Origin: Yuukianura sp. NJ FZ-2021
Lineage: Eukaryota
Length of the DNA: 64,000 bases
Reading direction: 5' to 3'
Assembly: GCA_046563655.1 (NCBI GenBank)
Contig: CM102283.1
Location: forward strand, 8,122,001-8,186,000
Under the pieces are notes generated by a model. It saw only the letters and a program-made list of their open reading frames with translations, was not told the origin of the DNA and did no database searches. Shown here in pieces: positions 50,244-61,100 of this stretch (the stretch's first letter is position 1; each line of letters starts with the position of its first letter). A program made the translations under genes and the position numbers.

Positions 50244-53200
50244 ATGGGTAACCAACTCGTCGCTTTCGCTCCATCAATTATACGTCCAATTGAATTCTAC
50301 TTAACTGACGTCCCTGAACTTCAATTTGATTGCAAGTAAGGATAAACGTTTCAAAGACGTTTACGTTTTTTTTGATTGATTAATTGTTTAAATAATTGAT
50401 AACTATGGTCTTTTGATTTCTTACAGTTTGGGATCAACGAGATTTCTGAAAGTATGCCGGGGAAAGGTTGATAATCTCTTCTACGTCGTGAAAGTTTTCG
50501 TTATTCATGAACACACGCTTCCTATCCAAGTCTATTGTGAACGATTAATTAGTTTGAGGAATCTTTTAAGCCTGTCGCCGTCTCCCAATTGTTTACCATT
50601 CACTCAAGTTAAGGTATGTTCGGCCTTCATGCTATACGTAGATCGTAGATCATACTCGAGCTAAGTTGACTCATTTATAGTGCTGTTAATTGATCAGTGT
50701 GTTTGGGATTAATCGTGTTTTCTTGGTTTTTTTTAGCTGACTGAACGATCAGTGATTGTGCTTCGGCCTTATATCAAGTACTCTCTCTACGACAGAATAT
50801 CCACAAGACCATTTACACAATGGCCAGAAAAATTGTGGATAGCATTTCAACTCCTTTGTGGCCTTGCACAAATTCATAAGCACGGATTGAGTCATGGCGA
50901 TCTAAAGTTAGAAAATTTACTTATTACTCCAGGTAAGTCTACAATAGTACACTAATCAAGTTTTGCACACCGCTAAAACAACATTTTGTTTGTTTAATAG
51001 GATTGAGACTTCTTCTCTGTGATTTTGCTCCGTTCAAGCCAGTTTATCTTCCACGAAACAACCCGTCAGCAATATTTGGATTCTTCTTTGATACTTCGGG
51101 CAGAAGGAGTTGCTACATTGCTCCAGAAAGATTCCATGATGACAAAAGTAAACTTGGTGTGGGAGCTGACAACCTGCTGACCCAGGAAGAGGAGCTGAAG
51201 CACTTTCTCTTGCCTTCAATGGATATTTTCTCTGCTGGGTACTAGCTTCATTTAAGTCGCTGAACTTGATATGATTTATAGATAGAAACGTAATTCACCT
51301 TTTGCTTGGTTACAGTTGCTGCCTGATTGAGCTGTTCACAGAAGGAAGTTCTCCATTTGACTTATCTCAACTTTTGTCTTTTTGTGCTGGAGAATACGAG
51401 CCTGCAGCGGTTGTGGATAAGATTGAAAACGAAGTGGCTCGAGAGCTGGTGAATCACATGATCCAGTTAGATCCGTCGCAACGATCGTCCTCTGAAGAGT
51501 ACTTGACAATATTCCGTGGAAAACTGTTTCCAGAAATCTTCTACTCGTCTCTCCAGCCCTACTATGACATTCTTGCATTTCAACAATTAGTTACTCCCGA
51601 TTCCAGAATGAATCGACTGCATCAAGATCAAAAGTAAGTACTGCCAGTACTTTACTCAAAACTTGCAAGTATTGACAATGCTATTTGATATTTTAGAACG
51701 CTACCAGACGATACTTCTTTAAGTTTAATCTTCACTTCGCTTGTTACGGCCGAAATTCGTGGTCTTCGTTCTTCCACTGCAAAGCTCAATGCACTCGAAT
51801 CCCTCTACAGTCTTTCAACTAAGTTAAGCGACGAATCAATCCTGGAAAGAGTAATTCCTTATGTCGACTACCTTCTACACGATTCAAGTTCTCATCGCGT
51901 ACAAGCTGAAGCCCTGACAACTCTTGTCAATTGTCTCGATTTGGTTGATAAGTTGCCTCCAGGAGAATATCACATATTTTCTGGATATATTTTTCCGTCT
52001 TTGAGTAAACTCGATCAAGACTTGGCTGTTCGAATGGCAATGGCGGCAAACATAGCAAGATTGGCACAAATTTCTATGAGGTAAACTGTACATGAAATTT
52101 TAAAATGACAATTTTTTAAATTTTGTGCTAAACGGTTTTGTTTTAAAACAGATATTTAGAAAACTCTTTTATAAACGACCCGGACGGTGCTGCCCAGCAA
52201 CAGCCACAGTTTGTTTCCGAACTTCACTCGCAGCGTGAACGAATCGCTTCGTTTCTCCGATCGCTTCTGACTGACCCAAATCCCATCGTTAAGAGGATTT
52301 TAGTTTCGACGCCTGGATCGCTGAAAACGTTGTGTAATTACTTTGGACGCGGGAAGGCCCACGATATCATTCTGTCTCATCTCATCACTTTTCTCAATGA
52401 CAAGGACGACGCTGAATTACGAAAAGCTTTCTTTCAGTGCGTGTCTTCAGTTGCTGCTTATATTGGTTGGCAAGCAGCACCTTTGATTGTTCCACTGCTG
52501 AAACAGGTACGTTAACTCTGCAGGAATTTTTTCTAAGTGAAACTTTTATTGATTTTGTGTTATTTTTAGGGTTTGACTGACGAAGAAGAATTTGTGATGC
52601 GAAATGCCCTTCTGACTACTAAATCTTTAGCCGAAATCAACTTCTTCAGTCGTCGAATTCTGCTGGACTTGCTAGATGGCACGATTCCGTTCCTGATTCA
52701 TCCTAATTTGTGGCTCCGAAATGCTGCTGCTGGAGTGATAACCAGTATCAAAGCCAATTTGTCCCAAGTAGATGTCCATTGTCACGTCATTCCAAAGTTG
52801 AGAGACTACTTGAAACCATCATGCAACTCTCTTTGGGCAGTCAACGAAGTGTCCATTCTTAGCAAAGTCAAGCGACCGTTGGAACGACAAGTTTATGAAA
52901 GTTGTGCCAGAGCAAAGATTTCCCTCCTGATTGCTGCTGTGGATTTTCTACAGAGCAATCCCAATGAAAGTTCCAAGCCAGATTTAAACGAAGTAGAAAA
53001 CGTAAGTCATAATGATAATTCTTGAAAAAGTCCAAAATTTTGAAAAGGTTGAAAATTTCGTTTGTTCAGTTTCTGACAAGACTACGAGCTGAAGGACTTC
53101 CACTAATCCTTGACCGTGTCTACACCGCCTTCATCCAACGCCACCTTTACAAAGTCTGCACACAACGTTCGTTGAAACAAAATGCAGTTTCTGGAGCAGT

Positions 53201-54932
53201 CTCCGTTGGGATCAAAAGTATCAACCAAAATCTCGTCAGTCAATCAAGCTTGCAAAACATTGCAATTCCATTTCCAACTGCACCGACGCGGGAAAACAAT
53301 TTCGTGAACTCTGGACTTCTGGAAGGGCTGTCATCGACTAACTCCTTTGCACAAGGATTTGGCGCCAGTTTTACTGAGAAGTTCAACGACAAACCGCGTG
53401 GAATCCTGGTTGCACATTTACATGAACATAGAAATGCAATATTGAAAGTGTGTCCACTGACAGCATTCAATGGAGTTTTTGCAACTTGCTCAAGAGAAAA
53501 TGTGAGGATTTGGGATGCTGAGAAGATGGAAGGAAGAAATGTTGCCAACAGGTTAGGACGATTCAAAATTTCCGAAATTCAGCGTTTTTCGAAATGAAAG
53601 CATAACATTTTTTTCAGATCGCGTTGTATGATAAAGTTACCGGGAGATGCAATTATTACTAACATGTCCTACGCTTCTGGTGGAAACATCGTTGGAGTTA
53701 CTGATGACAAGAACCTTTATGGATATTAGTAAGAGTTAATTCAATTAACTTTAATTTCAATTAATGATTAACAATCAATTAACCAAGTTGTTATCTTGTA
53801 GCATGGACGGAATGATTGCTCGTTCGGTTTTCACTGTCGGCCTACCGTTTCCACGAAACGAAATCGAGATTCCAGTGGCCTTAGAATCCTACTCTCCTAA
53901 TCTATTTATTGTCGGTACGGAAATGGGAACTTTGATGGGATTCGACACGAGAGTGGCCACAAAAGAAGTGTTTAGACTCCAATCAGATCTTGCCTCGGGT
54001 AAGCAGAATTTCAAAAACGTTAATATCAAATTTTGAAAAATGCAATTTCAAATTTTTTTTCATCTTAGGACTCCTGACGACAATTGCCTCGGATTCGGAT
54101 CAACTCTGGATGTGTGCCGGGAGCTCAAAAGGAATTCTGACTTGCTGGGATCTCCGGTTCGGTATACCGGTCAATACAATCAAAACGGGTTCCGGAATTC
54201 GACGGGTCAAACCGTCACCGTTTCATGCCGGCGGTGTTTTCACTTGCTCCAGAACACAAAACGAAGTTTCTTTATGGAATCTGGAAACTGGTGAGAATAA
54301 TAAACAAAACTACTAATAAGCCTATTGAGTCATTTGTCAGTTTAGAATGTTTCTTGATATGTTGATTTTTAGGTAGTCGACAAATGTGTCTTTGGTCTAG
54401 TCCTCTCCCGCCCCTGACGAAATCGGACGGAGCCAATCCCTATCCCGCCAGAAACCGTCAACAACCTCAGTCACAGTTCAATCATCAACCACACTCTCCT
54501 CTTGGCATTGCCTTTGTACGCAAGTACACTGCCGTTGTCACTGCCGGAACTGACATGTGCATTCGTTGGTGGGAACTGAACTCACCCAATGAATCTTCGA
54601 TCCTCATGAGTCCTGAAAAGGCAGAACAACAAATCTCAGGAGTAGCCAAAACGGGAGACTTCCGATTCCGCTTAGTTGACGGAGTAGAAGTGATACATGA
54701 TATTAGTGGGGCTGGTCGAGCCACTGGGACACCAAACTCTCCTGGAGGAGGGAAAAATGTACCTGATACTGGCAGCACTTCAAGCAATCCTCTGGGAACT
54801 GCTACAGCACATTCCATTGTTATGGGAAACTCTCATCACAATACGATTACAGACGTCACTACAGTCACAACTCCCAATCAAAGTTTTATTCTCACAAGTT
54901 CTTCTGATGGAGTCATAAAAGTCTGGAAATAA
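50244..54932 (+). CDS. PIK3R4: Phosphoinositide 3-kinase regulatory subunit 4 (VPS15), ~1257 aa
   Basis: 13 exons: 50244-50335, 50427-50613, 50737-50932, 51001-51238, 51316-51633, 51697-52080, 52152-52506, 52570-53001, 53070-53551, 53618-53728, 53802-53998, 54069-54290, 54373-54932 (3774 nt). Myristoylation start [52 protein letters not shown] repeats ([18 protein letters not shown]), WD40 region ([12 protein letters not shown]...[10 protein letters not shown]). Confidence 0.96.
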
Positions 54933-55136
54933 GACGGAGACTGCGCAGTTGACGGTTTTTTGATAATGAAACGACACACTATTTGCTTCCGGTGTAAAAA
55001 TTTACGTCTTATTGCCAGAGTACAAAATTGCACCAAAGTTTTTTTTTACGGACGTAATAATAACTACTTTACTTGTACTTCGGTTGAACTTTTTGTTCGA
55101 GTTTTGTTGATGTATTGTTTGTTGAACTTTTTGATT

Positions 55137-58100
55137 TCAGATGAGTCTTGTTTTGTTCAAATACGGCGGAGGTGGAGGTGGAGTACTGTTGAGCACGGCG
55201 CCAGTATTTCCCTTTGGTTCGTAGATTAGTTCATCCAGTTTTTTAATGTCGAGTGTCTCATAGTCCAAGTTGAAGTCCGCTCCAGGAATGAACGGATCCA
55301 GCACTCTGTCTTTGTCTGGAAGATCGGCTAAGCCCAGGAACAAGTTGTACCGTCGCTGGACATCTTCTGGAATGTACTGCTTGCCATGCAGTTTGTTCAC
55401 TTCGTGAATAATATCACGAGCATTTCCTTGTGTTCTGATCATGTGCATCATGGCTTTCCTGTAGTGAGTCCGCAGGGCCAAGCTGGATTTCATGTTCAGT
55501 GCTGTTTTCAAGAAAAATTTGAGTTTTTAAATTTTTATGAGTTTTAACTTTTCAAGTTTCAGAAACTCACTTTTGAGGTAGTAACCCAAATAGAGCAAAC
55601 TGCTTTTGGTGGCTGACATGAACGGAAACTTTGGTCTTGCCTTTGCCACTATGTCCAGCATCCTGGCCACTTCGTTCGTCAGTCCAGAAGCAATCAAGTA
55701 CCCTGCTGGACTAAGAGAATCTGACTCCAACTAAAACAGAAATCAAGTAGTTTTCAACATTTTCTAAAATTCAAAGTCCAAAATTTGCACATTTTTAAAA
55801 ATTTACATATTTTTTGTCCGTTTCGCCGGGAAGTTTTCCAGGAAGCTTAACTTCGACATACTGCTGTGGTTTTTTCATGAATCTCTCCATTGTTTCTGGT
55901 GTCGTAAAAAAGTAAAATTTTGATTTGTACTCAACGCAGTAACGAGGATCTCCAGGATGAAGCCATTTTGAGCTAAAACGAAACAGTAACTTCATAATTT
56001 TCAAATTTTCCATTTTTTTAAAGTTGCGATTACGAACTTGAAGTTTCCTTGGACGTAAACGACAGGGTCATAGTTCATGAATCCCCAAGATTCTTTCAGT
56101 AAGAGCATCTCAGCATCAGTCAACACGCAACTGTACGGCACTTCCTTCGGAGGAACTCGTTTGCAGTTTGGGAGCGTATAAGCTTCCGGATTGGCCAAAA
56201 ACTTTTCAATGTTTTTGTCCGATCCAAAAGCGTACAACTCTCCTCTGAATTCCACTAGTTTCTTCAAGTCAGTCAAGTCCTTTACTTGGAGCAGCTCGTC
56301 ACGGTCGTTGAGCGCAACGGGATCGAAACTACCAAAGTCAGTTGACAAAAGTCCTCGGACAAGAGAGGTCAACGGACTGAGGCCATCAATTGGACATGGT
56401 CGACCTGCGCACAAAAACGTTTTGATTAGTCTAACAATAGGGTTAGTTTAGTATAAGAATTACCTTTAAGACCAGCGTAGATGTAGCGTTGGACTTTGGA
56501 CATTGTTGAGTAGCAGCGATCTCTGACCAAATTGAAAATGGCGGTTGGACTCTGCGTTCCATCGACGTTGAACAGACATTGGATTTCATCTTTGTACCAA
56601 CCGAGATTGTGTTTGATCAAAGGTTCGTAGTCTTCGGCCATGTAGTCCATAAAGTCATCGGAGTCTGGCAGAGGGTCACGGTAGCTAAAATTTTAAAATT
56701 CAAATTAAGTTTTTGGAAAAAATTTTAAAAAGTTTATCTTTGAAAAAGTTTTAAGTTTTTGAAAAATTGGCTCACTTGTACTGAGGATTGAATCGTGTCA
56801 ACTCGGCTCTTCTGTATCCTTCAGCAGCATCAATGTGCAAGTACGCCACAACTGCTGGAACAACTCCTCTCTCAAGCATTTCTTGTAGCTGAAGGTCTTC
56901 TAGTGGATAGTTGTCGAATACGGCACCATGGTACTGCGCTCTAAAAAAGCGGGAAAATTTTTATCAAAGTGCCTTTGAAATTCAAATTGTGAAATTCTTT
57001 GTTGCCTTACCGTGGTTCCATGAGAGCAAAATCAAGAATCCTAAAGCCAATGTACTCCGGAATGGGAATGCCAGCTCTGAGGTACGCTACTACTTCATCA
57101 GCCAATAGCATCGAAGAGCCTTCAGCAGCCAAAGCAACACTTTCGAGGTCCTTTTGACTCTGCGACAGGAAAGAGCTTTGAACAATGTCCTGCGTCATGC
57201 CTTCGGATGAGATGTACACCAATCCCAATTTGTCTTCCAGTCGCTTACAAACTAAAGTTTTCAAAAAAAAAATTAAATTTCAAACTAACTTTTAAATTTC
57301 AAACAGCATGGCATGGCAGTGCTTACGTTCAGTTTTTCCGCTCTTTGAGTGCCCTAGAACTAAAACATAGAGTGGCGTGACCGGAGTTTGTGGGGGACTT
57401 CGAGTGTATCGCCATGGATCTAACCGGAAAGCGTTAGCATTTTCAACGCCAGCTAAAAAATGCAAGTAAATTTCAAAATTTATGAAAGCATGAATCAGGT
57501 TTGCGTTGGCGATGCTCTTCTTTACCCAAAAAATATACGAATCCTCGATAAAGTATTGGAAATTTTTTGACACCAGGAGCATGCCACAAATTCACAGCTC
57601 TGTTGCCTTTATACACCTACAAACCAGAAAATATTCAAAATTTGGAAATTTTGAGCTTAGTAAAGATTCAAAATTTTGAAACTTTGTATAAAATCTTCCC
57701 AAAATTCAAAGTCATCAACTGATTTATTTTTGTACCTCCACTGGACACATTTTCTCAAACTTGCTATGATGAAAATACTTTTTGTTCAACAAAACTTCAG
57801 CTTCTTCTAGACTCAAATCGTACGTCGAGTCGAACATACTTTCACGATGAGTAAAACAATTTTCAAGAAGTTCGCGAAATCGACGTTTTGCGTCGATCGG
57901 ATTGGCATCAGTGTGGATCGGTGTCCATTCAATTCTGAATTCATTCAGTGCCATCTAAAATCCAAAATTCAAAATTTTTCAGCGTCATACATTAGCATTC
58001 TCTTTTCTCATGCACTGGAACTTACTTTCAGCGATTTCAAATCTTTTGAGTAAATCCGATGCCAATGAAGCAGATTTCTTGAAATCATGGCGGCTACTGA

Positions 58101-61100
58101 AGTGTCTTTGTACAATCGATCTTTTCCTTTGAGCGTTTCATTATCGTCATTTTCCAGTGGAACTTGTTCATTCATCAGTTGATTTTTCTCTTCTTTTGTC
58201 AGCATCCGATGCTGCATTGGAATAAAAACTTTGCGTGTTTTTCCGTGCAAGTTGTCTTTTGCTTTTCGTTTTTCTCCTGGATGTTGACTAAACCACTCAT
58301 CAACTGTTTTGTGCAGAAGTCGATTGTGCATAGTCTTGGATTTACTTTCCAAAACAAAAACGATTTCAGGAACGTAGTTTCTCTTATGCATGAACTCAAT
58401 ATCTGCTCCAGTGTTTGGAAATCCAACGATAATGAAGCCACGTGACTTGAATGGCTCTGTTTCCCAAAACATTGCTAGCAGCACATCCAGTATTTCATCG
58501 GAAAGTTGTCTTCCGTATTGCAAGAAATTCCTAATTTCATCCTCCATTGCACTCATTTCCTTCCAGTTACGATTGACCATTGATTCTAGCATGTTGATTT
58601 CTGTAGGTTGACAATGGGCCAAGTACAAGGGGTCCATGATGCCCAAATTCTTGAGTGACAGGTCATCGTACTTGCTCATTCCAGCATCTTCCCCTCTCAA
58701 TTCTTCGCCTTTGACCTCCTCTCCTTCCATTTCTTTATCTTTATCAACATCTTCGGTGACTCCGGCGTTGTCTCCGAGCAAATCGCTACAAAACAAAAAA
58801 AAAAGTTTTATGAGCTTTCCAAAGTTGGATTTCAAAATCCAATTCGTGTATTTCAAATTCCAGGACTTCTATTTTTGAATTTCACAAGAATGCCCCAATA
58901 AAACCCACCAAAACGTGATCCCACCATTCTTGGCAACATTTTGGTGTAAGCACAAGGCGGGGTTTTTTGCTTGGGAATTTTTTTTTTTAAATAATTTTTC
59001 GTAATTTGAAAATTTTAATGTCTGACCGTGCGGACTTGTCCGAGCGGGGCATTCCTGGACCAGTATTCCGGCCGACCTGAACTTTGAGTAGTTCATGAAG
59101 TCGTTGACGAAAATTGATGTAATACAGGTTGTACTTTTTGGAAATTTGGAGCGCCACTTCCTCTTGGTCACATCCGGGAGATCCTATCAAAAGTAAAACA
59201 ATTATCATCTGAATTTTTATGAATTTCAAAATTTTTTTGAAAAAAAAAAATCAGACAAACCTGTAACACATATTCTTGGGCAAGGCGCTTCCAGCGGTCG
59301 TTCATTCATTGCAAGATACTGGAGTGGGTGTTCCAGAAATTCTTGACGGGCTTCTGCACTTGCAAAGAAATAAGTCCTGTCCAAGTACTTGGCAGCGAAT
59401 TGCGTAAATCCTTTGCGAATTAGTCCAAGATTCTTGAGCGTCACTGGACAAAAGTTCCTGGCGTCTCCAAAGTGCCGCATCCGCTCAATTCCTAGCAGCA
59501 TTTGACGATATTCTTCCGGTTTATTGACATTTTTGGCCAATTCGTCCATTTCTTCTCCCTCCAGCTCTCCGTCAGACTCATCGTCCCCTTCTGCCATTGG
59601 CTGAGGTTCAGAATTCAAATCTGGAGCGAAGTTCCACAGTCTATTGGCATCTACCCACTCTTCATACTCCAGTCTCAGGTCAGTAGAAGTCATTATCTTC
59701 GCTTCCGGAATAAACCTATTCTCCATTGAGTTCCAGAAATCACGTACTTGGTCCAGCACATTCTCTTCATCGACGACTCCTCGTTCAGAAAATGAGATTC
59801 CCTCTTTGTTCAAAATCGGAATCAGCATGTTCCAAACTTCATCAAAATGGCGGATTTGGTTCAAAAATTTCCCTTTCAGAGACGGCAAGTAAATTGGTTT
59901 TCCAGTTGCATCTACACTGACTTCCTCTGCAGTTAAACTCGCTGCTGAATCTAATCGCTGCATGTTTTCAGAAAATTCCCCCGCTTCAAGTTCTTCAAAA
60001 TTTTCTTCAAATTCAAAAGGCTGTGATCCGTCATCTCCGGAATCTGGAATTGAAGGACTGGAGCCACGAGTGGCCAAATCGCGTTGTCTTTGGGCCAAAA
60101 ATTTTTTTGGCGGGAAAGTAAGCAGTTCATAGTTGAGTCTCTTCGGAATCCAGCCTATCTCGGCGTAACCTTCAACTGGATATGTAGATCGACATCGCAG
60201 TGGAATACATTTGGACGGTCCAGCGGTGGACTCTGATTGGATGGCAGAGTCTGGCGGTTGGTCTGACTCGGGAATGTTGAAAGTGGCCAACCAAGCTTCC
60301 AGTATTTCTCGTTGAGTGACATCTAAAAGTGAGTCGGCAAGGGATACTTGACGTAACTTGTCCCGAAGTTCCTGAGCTTGAAGGGAGCTGCTAGTTTCCA
60401 GTTCAAACGGTTCCAAGAGCGTGTCCGCTGGAAGCTTGCTGTGCAAAAGTTCAGATTCTGTTAGTCTTGGTGATTCTGGCGTCACTTCTTGGTCAAGCTC
60501 CAGTCCAGTGTCTTCACAAATCAGTTCTTCTCCAATTACTTCTCGACTGCGTGCCAAGTAATTGTCTAAGAAGGAATCTTCACCACGTTCCCCTTGAAAC
60601 TCTAATGCTCTTTTCAAACCATCTCCTTGTCCATAAATTGGAACAAGTCTGCACGTCGGACCTGGGGTCACTACAACAGAAAGAAAAAACGAACGCAGTT
60701 CAAAAATCGAAAATTCCGAAATCAAAAATTCGAAAAACGTAAAAACAATTCAGCATAACACTCGAAATGTTTAAAATTTCACTCGTATGTTTATGAGCAA
60801 CACTTACGTTGTTTTGGAAGGCGGGTTCTGGCGTACGCTCTCTTCAAATTATTCAAAAGTGACATCTTATATTCCGAATTGTCGGCAAGTACGACGATAT
60901 GATCTGGAGCTGTCGGCGGGTGACGAATAATGGCCTTCAATTGCTCAAAGTCTGGATTCAAATTTTCCACAATCCAACCTCCACTCCTAAAAACCGAAAA
61001 CAAAACTTTTAAAAAACGGAACGAAACTAACATAAACTCAAGATATTCAAGAAATAAAATACTCACAATGGGCCTGTAGGATTGGCTTCTACATAACGCG

